The notes under the pieces: model-generated
Told to the model about the DNA's origin: nothing
Databases searched by the model: none
Seen by the model: the letters and a program-made list of their open reading frames with translations, nothing else
IMG/VR virus record: IMGVR_UViG_3300005563_000029
Coordinates: 32,001-96,000 of that record
Reading direction: 5' to 3' (one strand)
DNA length: 64,000 bases
Origin: a virus
Position numbers and translations under genes: made by a program
Shown: positions 1 through 8,629 of the stretch, piece after piece
How the letters are laid out: the number at the start of each line of letters is the position of its first letter
How positions within the stretch are numbered: the first letter of the stretch is position 1

Positions 1-1590
1 TGTGAGCCACTGGCCCGGTTCGCGCCCGAGCGGGTCGGATTCGCCCTTGGCGGGGTCGTGGTCGGCGAGGGCCGGGATGTTGATGACGCGCCAGCGGTGC
101 CCGTCTTCGGCGGCGATGAGACGACCGGCGAGGTCGTCTTCGTGCCAGCGAGTGTTATGGCTCACCAGGCCGTTGGCGATGAAGTTTTCCGTGCGATCGA
201 CTTGGAGGTCGTACACGTCTTCGCGACCGCACGAATCCACCGCCACAACTTCGTCAGGCGTGACGCTCCAAGTAGTCAGCGGCAGCCCGGAGGATTGCGG
301 GTGACTTCCCGTAGCCGACGGCAAGGTTGCAGTCGTTGCAGAGTAGTCCGCGCACCTTCCCGGTCTCGTGGTCGTGGTCGACGCACAGCTTCCCGTTCCA
401 GTGGGCTCGGGTGTTGCTGTCAGATGGCGGCTGCCTGCAGATGGCGCAGTTCCCACCCTGATTGTCGATGAGGAAATCAACCTCATCATCGGTAAGTCGG
501 TAGCGATGCTTGAGATGAGCCCTGCGACGCGCTGCGGCATTGACTGAGGGTGGGCGGTAGCCGGATGCCCACCGGGCTTTGTTGTAGTGGGAGTTGCACA
601 TCCCCTTGCATCGTGCGGGCAAGTCGCATTCGTCATTGGAGCAAACGACCCCGCGCCACTTCCCCCAGTAGCCGTCAGGATACGTACTCCCGGACGGATT
701 TGATCCGTTCGCAGCCATGACTCGTTCCCGTTCGCATCGATGGTTAGGAACGGATGCCGGGCGTTGGCTCGAACAACTCGTCCTGATTTCATTCTAATGC
801 AAAAGAGATCATCGGGCCCTTGATTGGCCCAATTCACCACGGTTGACGTGGCGAGCCTGCCACCTTCGTAGGTGGCCACCTCGTCGCCAGGGCGAACGTC
901 GCGCAACGGCTTCTCGGTACCGTCCGCCAGGAGCACTGGGGTATCCCCGGCCATACACAAAATCACGGTGACGGGGGCACCGGGGGCGAGTCGGGCCTGC
1001 CCGACGGACTGCCACCAGTCCCATACGCGATCCCGGTAGTAGGCGGAGTCGGCCTGGTCCTTGCTGGCGAACGGGTCGTCGATGACCAGCGCTTCTAGTG
1101 GCCGCCCGGTTAGCCCGCCGCCGATACCGACGCAGATAACCCCGCCGCGGTGTCCGTCGAGTTGCCAGCGCTTCGCGGACCCGTAGTCGCGTGCGATTCG
1201 CAGGCCGAGGTCAAGTGTGTCCTCGTCGCCGTTGTTGTTGGTGATCCAGTTACGGACTTCACGGCCGAAGGACTCGGCCAAAGGTTGCGAGTAGGAGACG
1301 ATCCCGATTCGCAGCTCGCGGTGCCGGGCCAGTGCCCAAAGGGTGCCGACCTTGGTAACCCGGCTGCTTTTGCCCTCCTGCGGGGGCATGGAGACGAGCA
1401 GCCGCGCGTTGGGGGTGGAGTACGCCCAATCAATGGCCTCGTCAATGATGTCGAGGGCCGGGGTTTGAACGGTGGAGTGGTCAACCAACGCGGCTAGTTC
1501 GCCAACCGTCTGCCACTCGGGTTCAGGTTCCGCCTTGGGCTCAAAGGCGCGTGCGGCGTACTCCCAGGGGCTTACGGTGGTGGCCGTCAT
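1..1590 (-). CDS. terL: Terminase large subunit (N-terminal part, runs off window), intein-containing
   Basis: Manual translation from ATG 1590 (RBS GAGGTG) is open to position 1. Walker A-like SMPPQEGKS, GGGLTGRPLEALVIDDP (Walker B), and VIL/TRWHEDDLAGRL flanking an intein. Missing from the ORF track because it has no stop in the window. Confidence 0.95.
   Translation of the reverse strand, partial: MTATTVSPWEYAARAFEPKAEPEPEWQTVGELAALVDHSTVQTPALDIIDEAIDWAYSTPNARLLVSMPPQEGKSSRVTKVGTLWALARHRELRIGIVSYSQPLAESFGREVRNWITNNNGDEDTLDLGLRIARDYGSAKRWQLDGHRGGVICVGIGGGLTGRPLEALVIDDPFASKDQADSAYYRDRVWDWWQSVGQARLAPGAPVTVILCMAGDTPVLLADGTEKPLRDVRPGDEVATYEGGRLATSTVVNWANQGPDDLFCIRMKSGRVVRANARHPFLTIDANGNESWLRTDQIRPGVRILTATGGSGAGSFAPMTNATCPHDARGCATPTTTKPGGHPATAHPQSMPQRVAGLISSIATDLPMMRLISSSTIRVGTAPSAGSRHLTATPEPTGTGSCASTTTTRPGRCADYSATTATLPSATGSHPQSSGLPLTTWSVTPDEVVAVDSCGREDVYDLQVDRTENFIANGLVSHNTRWHEDDLAGRLIAAEDGHRWRVINIPALADHDPAKGESDPLGREPGQWLT
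154..957 (-). mobile_element. Intein (268 aa) in terminase ATPase domain
   Basis: Begins CMAGDTPVLLADG; block B RANARHPF; WLRTDQIRPG; ends EDVYDLQVDRTENFIANGLVSHN followed by +1 Thr. No stop codon in frame. Confidence 0.95.
254..718 (-). CDS. Endonuclease VII-family (HNH-like) homing endonuclease nested out of frame within the intein
   Basis: HLKHRYRLT...QGGNCAIC...LCVDHDHETGKVRGLLCNDCNLAVG...LRAAADYL is the EndoVII signature. Own ATG; frame differs from the intein. Confidence 0.9.
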   Translation of the reverse strand: MAANGSNPSGSTYPDGYWGKWRGVVCSNDECDLPARCKGMCNSHYNKARWASGYRPPSVNAAARRRAHLKHRYRLTDDEVDFLIDNQGGNCAICRQPPSDSNTRAHWNGKLCVDHDHETGKVRGLLCNDCNLAVGYGKSPAILRAAADYLERHA

Positions 1591-1607
1591 GGCTCACCTC
1601 GGTCCGG

Positions 1608-2258
1608 TCAGGCTGCCTCGTTCTGCTGCTTGGCGGTGATCTGCCGTAGCCGTAGCGGTACGACCTTCAGTGCTGCCCTCTGTTGTTCGGGGGTCAGGTC
1701 CAGGTCGCCGAGGATCGCTTTGATGGCCTCTGCAAGAAGCTGACCTTGCTGTTCGGCGAGCTTGACGTACCGTTCCTCGATGCCGCAGCGGATCGCTACG
1801 TCGCACACCCGCACGAGGCGGTCGCGTTCCTGCTGGTACAACTTCAGCCACATGTGGGCTTCGGCTTCTTGGGTGGTGCCGCCGTCCTGGCCGCCTTCTT
1901 TGATGCGGGTGGTGCCCCAGATCAGCTCGTGTTCTTCAAGTTCGGAGACTTTCTGGGACAGGTATTCGACGTGGCCGGCGGTACGGCAGACCTCGTTAAG
2001 GAGCGCTTCGGTGGCGGTGGTCTCGATGGGCCGGCCGTAGGCTTCCATGCAGCGCCGCGCCTCCCTCTCCGCGATGCGAAGCTTGGCGGCGCGGACAGCT
2101 TGGGGTGCTCGGCCGCCATGGCTGGCGCAGACCTTCTGCTCGTCCTTGGGTGCCTTCTTGCACGGCGAGCCGTCTCTCTTGTGGCCTGAGCATGCCAAGT
2201 TGCCGTGGTATGTGAGGTGCTGCTGGCCGCACTTGGCACATTCCGGCTGCATGTTCAC
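1608..2258 (-). CDS. Putative terminase small subunit (CxxHGG motif)
   Basis: Directly upstream of terL; CASHGGRAPQ zinc/HGG motif followed by helical region. Confidence 0.7.
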   Translation of the reverse strand: MNMQPECAKCGQQHLTYHGNLACSGHKRDGSPCKKAPKDEQKVCASHGGRAPQAVRAAKLRIAEREARRCMEAYGRPIETTATEALLNEVCRTAGHVEYLSQKVSELEEHELIWGTTRIKEGGQDGGTTQEAEAHMWLKLYQQERDRLVRVCDVAIRCGIEERYVKLAEQQGQLLAEAIKAILGDLDLTPEQQRAALKVVPLRLRQITAKQQNEAA

Positions 2259-2262
2259 CTCA

Positions 2263-2589
2263 CTACGGGCTGATGGTGAGCGTTCCTACCGGCTCGGTCG
2301 GGACCTCGGGGTTGTCGAGGATCTGTATCCACACCGTGTACTCACCTTCGGTGAGGCTGACGCCGCCGTTGGTGGGTCCGACGAGGCATTGCGCGAAGTA
2401 GGCGCCGTTTCCTGCGACCGCCCACGATCCGCTGTGCCAGTCGCTGGTGCCGGGCACGTTGTCCGGTGGCTTGGGCATGAACGCCATCTTCACCGTGTCT
2501 GCGGTGGGGTTGTAGGCGCTGCCATCGGGCAGGGTGGCCAGTACCCGAACTTGGCAGTAGCGGGTGGACAGCACGGACTGGGTGGCCAC
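2263..2589 (-). CDS. Hypothetical virion-associated protein
   Basis: Phage-like codon usage, beta-rich, in operon leading to terminase. Confidence 0.65.
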   Translation of the reverse strand: MATQSVLSTRYCQVRVLATLPDGSAYNPTADTVKMAFMPKPPDNVPGTSDWHSGSWAVAGNGAYFAQCLVGPTNGGVSLTEGEYTVWIQILDNPEVPTEPVGTLTISP

Positions 2590-2604
2590 CGGCGTCCTCC
2601 CGTC

Positions 2605-2853
2605 TCAGGTGACGACGGGGGTGCCGAACTGCCAGGCGCTGCCGGGGGTACCGAGGCGCCACAGGGTTTCGTGGGGGCCGAAGCTTCCGAGTGGTGCGGC
2701 TGCCCAGCGTGCCCGGTGAATGTACGGGTAGGTGGCGCGGCGGGCAGGCGCCGTATGCGCCGGGATCCAAACGGGAACCGGGACCGGCGGCGGAGGAACC
2801 GTGATGAAGCGTCCGCGGCGTGTCTGCTGCGGGATGCGCCACCGCCGCGACAT
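2605..2853 (-). CDS. Hypothetical protein
   Basis: Fills operon gap; RBS GGAG. Confidence 0.5.
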   Translation of the reverse strand: MSRRWRIPQQTRRGRFITVPPPPVPVPVWIPAHTAPARRATYPYIHRARWAAAPLGSFGPHETLWRLGTPGSAWQFGTPVVT

Positions 2854-2856
2854 CGG

Positions 2857-3357
2857 CTACTCCTCGTGCTCGACAGCCATCGTAATCAGATGGCCGGTGG
2901 GCAACGCGTTGCCGACGTTGATAAAGCCCATGCCGTTGCCGGCGCCAAGTCCGACGATCCACTCTTCCATCAGCTCGGCGGGCAGGTCGACGCCGGACTG
3001 CGTGTTGAAGGACACCTCGTAGAAGTACGGCCCAGTCCAGGTGGCGGTGGGCACGGCACTCCATGCCACGTCCAGGCCAGCGATGTTCGACGTCTGCACC
3101 GAGTTGGGGTCGAGCGCGGCAGGGGCATGCGTGGCCGAGGCGGTTCCTCGGTTTGTGGTTCGCACCAGCGCGACGGTGATCTGCTGGCTAGTGGGAACGG
3201 ACGCGCCGGCCCGCACGCCAAGGGTAATGCGCCGCATCTTGTAGCCGGAGTTGGCAGATGCGGCAAGGTTCGCGAACAGGGAGTTGGCGGTGGCGCCGGT
3301 CGGGGCCGTCGCCGGGAGTGCGGTGGCGGATTCGACGGTGGACATGAAGCGGGCCAT
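2857..3357 (-). CDS. Hypothetical virion-associated protein
   Basis: Ala/Thr-rich beta protein; RBS GGAAGG. Confidence 0.7.
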   Translation of the reverse strand: MARFMSTVESATALPATAPTGATANSLFANLAASANSGYKMRRITLGVRAGASVPTSQQITVALVRTTNRGTASATHAPAALDPNSVQTSNIAGLDVAWSAVPTATWTGPYFYEVSFNTQSGVDLPAELMEEWIVGLGAGNGMGFINVGNALPTGHLITMAVEHEE

Positions 3358-3373
3358 CGACGCCGCCTTCCTG

Positions 3374-4060
3374 CTAAAAGAAGCCCTGATTGGGGGTGGT
3401 GATCTGGGGCGTCCAGCCGCCGCCCGCTGCCGCCTTGAAGGTGAGCAGCAGTTCTTGGGCGTCGAGCCACGTGACGGTGGACCAGGACACGGCGGTGGAT
3501 GCCGGGCCTGCGGCGCCGAGGTCGAGGTTGTCGCCGATGTAGGACCAGCAGGCGTAGGTGCCGGGGACGGCGCCTTGGGATTGCACGTTGCTCCAGCCGT
3601 TGGTCCAGGCCGGTGCTGTCGGGGCGATGGTGTTGGGGGTGGAGGAGTGCAGCAGTCCGCAGGCGATGCCGAGGTCGTGGGCTTCAGCGGTGGTGACGGT
3701 GACTGCGGTGGTGGAGGACACGCCGGCGCCTGAGTGGGTGGAGGTGGAGGCTACGTCCAAGGGCGTGGCCGTGTTACCGCTGTATTCGAGCAGCCCGGCG
3801 GTGATGTAGTCGCTGACCGACGGGGTGAACGTCACCGAGCTTGGCTCGGATGCGCCCGCGATCTTCCACCAGGTGTAGGCGCCGTTTCCGTCGATGACGG
3901 ACGGGCCAGCGGTCCAGCCGGTGCCGCCGTTGGTGACAGTGGCGTCGGAGTTGGCCCAGGCGATGAGGAGGTTGCCGGTGGTGGGTGCGGCACCGAGGGC
4001 GATGGTGAGGCTGGTGGAGTTCACGCCGTCGGCCGCGTTCTGGACCCGCGCGAACCCCAT
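3374..4060 (-). CDS. Putative minor tail/decoration protein
   Basis: Thr/Gly/Ala-rich; GNLLIAW...GWT...WWKIAGASEPSSVTFT...LLEYSG pattern typical of phage beta-sandwich structural proteins. Confidence 0.65.
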   Translation of the reverse strand: MGFARVQNAADGVNSTSLTIALGAAPTTGNLLIAWANSDATVTNGGTGWTAGPSVIDGNGAYTWWKIAGASEPSSVTFTPSVSDYITAGLLEYSGNTATPLDVASTSTHSGAGVSSTTAVTVTTAEAHDLGIACGLLHSSTPNTIAPTAPAWTNGWSNVQSQGAVPGTYACWSYIGDNLDLGAAGPASTAVSWSTVTWLDAQELLLTFKAAAGGGWTPQITTPNQGFF

Positions 4061-4063
4061 GGT

Positions 4064-4357
4064 CTAGTCCGCGGTGAGGGCCAGGCCTTGGACCTGGGAC
4101 CAGTTGGTGATGCCGTCGGCGGCGAGTGTGGCTGCGGTGACGGTGTCGCCGCCGGGGATGTCGAGTTCGACGGTGCCGCCTGCGGTGAGGGTGATGGTGA
4201 GGTGGCCGGTGGCGGTGCTGCCGGAGGTGGTAATGGCGTCGGTATTGAACGCGCCGGTACCGGGGTCGTAGTGGATGACCGCCGTGTACGTTTTGCCGGT
4301 CGAGTCGGGGCAGGTGAGGGTGATCGTTCCGGGTGGGGCGGCGCTGCTGGCGCTCAA
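4064..4357 (-). CDS. Hypothetical protein
   Basis: Thr/Gly-rich ORF coupled in operon. Confidence 0.6.
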   Translation of the reverse strand: MSASSAAPPGTITLTCPDSTGKTYTAVIHYDPGTGAFNTDAITTSGSTATGHLTITLTAGGTVELDIPGGDTVTAATLAADGITNWSQVQGLALTAD

Positions 4358-4620
4358 GTGGTTCTCCTGTTGGCGGGGTTCCGGCGGGGCCGGCCGTTGC
4401 GGCGTAGACCGAGACGGCGGCGGTCGTCTTCGCTTACCGCGTTGGCCGCGGACCTGTAGGTGCCCGATTCGGGGTCGACAAGCCCGAGGACGTCGGCACG
4501 GTCGGCGCCGGTAGAGCGGCGCCCGGCTGGGGTGTCGGCATGTGCGGCAACCTGGATGGTGACCGGGGCAAGGAGGTCAACGTCGGGTTTCTGTTCGGAG
4601 GCGGCCCCGGTGAGAGTCAT
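4354..4620 (-). CDS. Hypothetical protein
   Basis: ATGA overlap with upstream stop at 4617. Confidence 0.5.
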   Translation of the reverse strand: MTLTGAASEQKPDVDLLAPVTIQVAAHADTPAGRRSTGADRADVLGLVDPESGTYRSAANAVSEDDRRRLGLRRNGRPRRNPANRRTT

Positions 4621-5162
4621 GCCGGGTACGTCCAGGGCTGCATGACGGGCCTGCGTGCGAGGTTGGCCGGGGTGACCTCTGTGGTTGTCGCCGCGCCGCC
4701 GCGCCAGTCGAGACCTGCGGCCTGACCTGCCAGTGAGACCAGTTGTGAACACACCACTTCGCCGTCGCCGGACGCCCGCTTCAGCAGCCAGCGCCAATGC
4801 CACCCGAGCGATTCGAGTCCGTCTTCGACAATCTGCAGGTCTCCGTAGGCCTTGCCGATCATCGCTTTGGCGGTCGCCACGACAACGGTCCGCTGCGCGA
4901 CGGTCATGTCCTCTGCGGAGTTGATCGCGATGCGGCAGCCGTAGTACTCAGACAGGTGTCCGAGCCGGACACCGCCGGGTTCGGCCTCGATAATGGCGCC
5001 GTCCTCAAGGGCGATCCCCGCGTGATCAAAAGGGCTATGTGTCGCGCGTCGTATGACCCACGGAACGAACCCGTGGGTCTTCACCACGAAGTACCGCCCG
5101 GCCGCTGGCCACGGTGAGGCTGAAGCCTCGTCGCGCTTGAAGGTGGTCTCGGACGGCGACAT
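4617..5162 (-). CDS. Permuted papain-like NlpC/P60 amidase (YiiX/YebB-like)
   Basis: IRRATHSPFDHAGI...IIEAEPGGV...IGKAY...VVCSQLV: His before Cys, i.e. permuted catalytic order. Confidence 0.85.
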   Translation of the reverse strand: MSPSETTFKRDEASASPWPAAGRYFVVKTHGFVPWVIRRATHSPFDHAGIALEDGAIIEAEPGGVRLGHLSEYYGCRIAINSAEDMTVAQRTVVVATAKAMIGKAYGDLQIVEDGLESLGWHWRWLLKRASGDGEVVCSQLVSLAGQAAGLDWRGGAATTTEVTPANLARRPVMQPWTYPA

Positions 5163-5173
5163 CGGCGCTCCCC

Positions 5174-5362
5174 TCAGCCCTGCGGTCCGCGCATGTTGGC
5201 GGTCAGTACCTGGGCGGTGAGGTAGAGGGCCTGCTGCTCGGTGAACCCGGCCTGCACGTAGGACGCGAACATCTCGTGGGTCGCCGTGGCGGCCATCGCC
5301 AGCACGGACAGCGGGTCCTGGATCTCGCTGCCCGCTGTCTCGCCGGTGGTGTCGTCGTTCAC
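5174..5362 (-). CDS. Small conserved actinophage protein
   Basis: HEMFASYVQAGFTEQQALYL motif; coupled genes. Confidence 0.7.
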   Translation of the reverse strand: MNDDTTGETAGSEIQDPLSVLAMAATATHEMFASYVQAGFTEQQALYLTAQVLTANMRGPQG

Positions 5363-5841
5363 TTGGTCGCCTGCGCAATCCGCATCTCAACGACCTCGTA
5401 ACGGAACACGCCGGTACGGACGCCGTCGTCGTTATCGAACGTCGGGTGTACGGGCTGGCCGTCTTGGAGCGGCTGCCCGTCGGTGTTCACCAGCATGGTG
5501 AGATCAGCAGTAACGGGCTCGCCGTTCCACTGTGCGCCGCCGAGGTCGATACGGATCCCAGTGGTGCAGACTAGTTCGGCGCCGGTGCCGTAGTCGAAGG
5601 CGCGCATGCCGTGCGTGTACAGCGGGGTGCCGTCGGGTCGGGGCGCGGGCCATTCGATGATGAGGCGCCCGGCGGTGGCCGGCTGCTGGAACAGTTCACG
5701 AACGGCGTCGAGGCGCTGCAGGTTGCGTCCGGGGCAGTCGTCGCTGACGATGACGGGCCGGACGGTGATCGGCTCAAGCTGGTGACAGGTGCAGTGCTCG
5801 CCGTGCCAGGTGCCGATGTGGACGTCGACCGTGCGGGCCAT
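5359..5841 (-). CDS. Hypothetical protein
   Basis: Coupled ORF. Confidence 0.65.
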   Translation of the reverse strand: MARTVDVHIGTWHGEHCTCHQLEPITVRPVIVSDDCPGRNLQRLDAVRELFQQPATAGRLIIEWPAPRPDGTPLYTHGMRAFDYGTGAELVCTTGIRIDLGGAQWNGEPVTADLTMLVNTDGQPLQDGQPVHPTFDNDDGVRTGVFRYEVVEMRIAQATK

Positions 5842-6116
5842 CAGCCGGTCGTGGTCTCCGCAGCCGGCGCCGTAGCGTCCCCGGCGACCGCGGTCTCGCC
5901 AACCGACGCCACGTCCTGCACGGCCTCGTTAACGACCGGCTCCTCCGCGGCGACCGCGTCTCGCGCGACCTGCTCGGCGTCGCTCTTTACGATCGTCAGC
6001 AGTTCCTCGAATCGCGCCTTGATAGGCGCGGCGAGCTTGTGGCCGTCTGCTTCAAGCTCGCCGAGGAGCGTGTGTAGTTCGTCGATGACGGCGTGGAACG
6101 CCTTTGCCGCGCCCAC
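5841..6116 (-). CDS. Hypothetical protein
   Basis: Coupled ORF, helical. Confidence 0.6.
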   Translation of the reverse strand: MGAAKAFHAVIDELHTLLGELEADGHKLAAPIKARFEELLTIVKSDAEQVARDAVAAEEPVVNEAVQDVASVGETAVAGDATAPAAETTTG

Positions 6117-6118
6117 GG

Positions 6119-6691
6119 TCAGGCCGGCGGGTTGTCGTCGCGCGGGACCGGCGTGCCGAACACGGCGCCGACGCTGGTCACCGCACCCGGGTCGATTCGC
6201 ACGGTCACCGGCGGCAGCGCCTTGCCGTTCACGTCGGTGATGTTGAGGGTGAGGTCGCCGGCCTGTCCGACGTGCGAGCGCAGGTTCGCCGTCAGGGTGT
6301 CGTCGGCGACGGCCAGCTCGCCAAGGTCGGTGTTGTCCTCGACCCAGGTGAACGGGGCCACGAACTCGCCGTTGGGGTCGGAGAAGTCCGAGGGGACTGC
6401 GACTTTCTCGTTGTCGAAGCCGGTCAGGGTGATGGTGACCATGTCGTCGTCGGGCATCGTGAACATGGGGGATCCTTCCGTCGTGCGAGGTACGGGGGTG
6501 CCGAAGATGGCTTCGACGGTGACGATGAGGGCTGGCCGGGCTAGCCAGGCTTCGAAGAGGTCGGCGATGCTGACGACGTGCCGCGCGATGGTACGCAGGT
6601 CGCGGGTGGGCAGGTCGTCGGCGCCTGCGGTGAAAACGGTGGCGGCGGCTTCGAGTGCTGCGGCGCGGCGCCAGGCCCGTTCGGTGGTCAC
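6119..6691 (-). CDS. Hypothetical protein with possible internal in-frame start at 6466
   Basis: FGTPVPR occurs twice; GAAGG RBS precedes internal MFTMPDD. Confidence 0.65.
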   Translation of the reverse strand: MTTERAWRRAAALEAAATVFTAGADDLPTRDLRTIARHVVSIADLFEAWLARPALIVTVEAIFGTPVPRTTEGSPMFTMPDDDMVTITLTGFDNEKVAVPSDFSDPNGEFVAPFTWVEDNTDLGELAVADDTLTANLRSHVGQAGDLTLNITDVNGKALPPVTVRIDPGAVTSVGAVFGTPVPRDDNPPA

Positions 6692-6758
6692 TGCTGAGGT
6701 CCTCCTCGCAGTGCGGTATGCGAAGGCGCCGCGGGGTTAGTCGCGGCGCCGGTGTTGT

Positions 6759-7133
6759 CTATTCGTCGCGTCCGTAGGCCTGGTCGCGTGCGCGGCGCAG
6801 AGTCTTGATGAGGGCGTTGATCTCGGAGCGGGAGAGGGACGGCGAATAAGCCTCAGGCATCCAGCCCTCTTCCCAGTGCGTGGTGTCGCCCTGTTCGGCT
6901 TCGCGGAGCCGGTCGCCCATCTGGGTCCACGCTGCGACCGGTGCCTGGAGGGATACCTGGACGTTGCCGCTGCGGTCGTGTCCGGCTGCGTGCCAGCGGA
7001 CGTTGAGGATTGGCTCGTACCAGGCGTTGTTGCCGTCCATCCCGCTGCTTGCGGGGCTGTCGGACTCGGCCGTGTCAACGTAGCCGCGGTGTTCAATCTC
7101 GCTGGGGTAGTTGATCTGTGTTTTCGGCATCAC
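6759..7133 (-). CDS. Conserved actinophage hypothetical protein
   Basis: C-terminal LSRSEINALIKTLRRARDQAYGRDE. Confidence 0.75.
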   Translation of the reverse strand: MMPKTQINYPSEIEHRGYVDTAESDSPASSGMDGNNAWYEPILNVRWHAAGHDRSGNVQVSLQAPVAAWTQMGDRLREAEQGDTTHWEEGWMPEAYSPSLSRSEINALIKTLRRARDQAYGRDE

Positions 7134-7205
7134 GCCATCTCCATCACGGAGTAGCCGCCCTACGAAACGGGGCGGACGTTTATACGACGCATCACGCGCC
7201 AGCGC

Positions 7206-7394
7206 TCAACCCTGAACCAGGGCGAGAAGTTCATCTACATCGACGGGCTGCGACTCACGGTGCACCTCGAACTCGTCGCGGTAGATCCGCCAGTGCCGGG
7301 GGCAGTCCTCAAAGCCTTCGATACGGCCGTCGCCCCACTCGTCGAGGAAGATCGCGCAGGTGCAGTAGTCCGGCGTCAACGGCGCGGGATCCAC
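7206..7394 (-). CDS. Hypothetical protein
   Basis: Short Cys-containing ORF. Confidence 0.5.
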   Translation of the reverse strand: MDPAPLTPDYCTCAIFLDEWGDGRIEGFEDCPRHWRIYRDEFEVHRESQPVDVDELLALVQG

Positions 7395-7540
7395 GAGTTC
7401 GCCCCGGACAGGTGCAGCGCGAGAAAGAACGAGCCAAGGAGCAGCAGCGCGGTCGGCGAGAACCAGGCGCTGGTGTGGCCGCCGGAGCCTTGCTCGATAA
7501 AGCCGATACCGTAGGCGATGGCGGCGAGGAGTCCAAACAT
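7376..7540 (-). CDS. Small two-TM membrane protein
   Basis: MFGLLAAIAYGIGF...LLLLGSFFLALHL. Confidence 0.6.
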   Translation of the reverse strand: MFGLLAAIAYGIGFIEQGSGGHTSAWFSPTALLLLGSFFLALHLSGANSWIPRR

Positions 7541-7544
7541 CAGG

Positions 7545-7973
7545 TCACCAGCTTCCGGACCAGTCGCCGGGGCCGTCCCACATCGCCTCAACGACCTCGC
7601 GGGTGCGGTGTTCGTCGCAGAGGTGCTTGAGGAAGTGGCACGGAGGGATTTCGGCGCCGGCTTTCGTCGGCACGTCGCACACGCCGTCTTCAGTCGGGGC
7701 GGCGCAGCCACCCCAGTTGCTGAACTTGACGTCCAGGTGCAGCTTGGCGAGTAGCCGGGTCCGCATGTGTGCGTAGGCCTGGGCTTTGGTGTCGTGGCCG
7801 ATACTTTCCCAGGCGGGACTGTGGTCGCGGTCGGCGTGCGGGGTCTGCAGCATCTCCAGCCACGCCTCGGCGCAGCATTCGGCGTATCTGCCTAGGCGCC
7901 GGTTACCGCCGGTGTAGATCCATTTGCCGGTGCGGGGGCCGCGGTCGATCTGCTGGACCAGGTGGTGCTGCAC
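7545..7973 (-). CDS. Hypothetical protein
   Basis: RBS GGGAGG; Cys motifs. Confidence 0.65.
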   Translation of the reverse strand: MQHHLVQQIDRGPRTGKWIYTGGNRRLGRYAECCAEAWLEMLQTPHADRDHSPAWESIGHDTKAQAYAHMRTRLLAKLHLDVKFSNWGGCAAPTEDGVCDVPTKAGAEIPPCHFLKHLCDEHRTREVVEAMWDGPGDWSGSW

Positions 7974-7982
7974 GGCACCTCC

Positions 7983-8285
7983 CTACGCGTCCGACCAGAT
8001 CCCGGACTGGACCCAGCCGTGCCGGCCACAACAGTCGGGCCAGAACAGCGACGGCTCCAGGTGTAGCGGCTCACGCTCGATGAGTTCGTGACCGCCTGTG
8101 CCGGCGCCGCGCCACCTGTTGTAGGTGCTGCACCAGTGCCAGAACCACGGCTTGGTCTCGCCTTCGGGCCAGCCGAAGTACAGGTCGTCGGTGAGCTTGG
8201 TAACGGCGAAGTGGGACCAGTTTGACGGGGGATCGTTACGGTTGGCCCGGACGGCGTCGTCTGGCCACATCCGTTGACCCGTCAC
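7983..8285 (-). CDS. DUF6527-like protein
   Basis: HWC...LHLEPSLFWPDCCGRHGWVQSGIW motif (recalled). Confidence 0.6.
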   Translation of the reverse strand: MTGQRMWPDDAVRANRNDPPSNWSHFAVTKLTDDLYFGWPEGETKPWFWHWCSTYNRWRGAGTGGHELIEREPLHLEPSLFWPDCCGRHGWVQSGIWSDA

Positions 8286-8306
8286 GGCACCCCCTCAGGA
8301 TGCACG

Positions 8307-8332
8307 AAAGCCCACCGGGAACCAGTGGGCTT
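8307..8332 (-). terminator. Intrinsic terminator-like hairpin
   Basis: AAGCCCACTGG-TTC-CCGGTGGGCTTT. Confidence 0.6.
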
Positions 8333-8386
8333 GTGAATTCAGGCACGGTGAACTTGCGACGATCATCCGACATGCTTTCGCGCTAG

Positions 8387-8629
8387 TCAAGCTGCGGGTT
8401 TCCCGTGGCGCTTCCGCCACGCTTCACGCTCAGTCTCCAGCACCGTCCGCTCGTCCACGTACCGCCACGGCGTGGACTTCTGACGCCCGGCCCGACCCAC
8501 GTCTACGGGCTCGATAAGCCCCGCAGCAGCCCAGCGTTCCACGGTGCGTACCGATACGTGCGCGCTGGTCGCAGCATCGGCAATCGGCAGCAGCCGGCAT
8601 AAGGCGTCGTAGTCTGCCTGCTCGCTCAT
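8387..8629 (-). CDS. HTH DNA-binding protein
   Basis: IADAATSAHVSVRTVERWAAAGLI. Confidence 0.75.
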   Translation of the reverse strand: MSEQADYDALCRLLPIADAATSAHVSVRTVERWAAAGLIEPVDVGRAGRQKSTPWRYVDERTVLETEREAWRKRHGKPAA

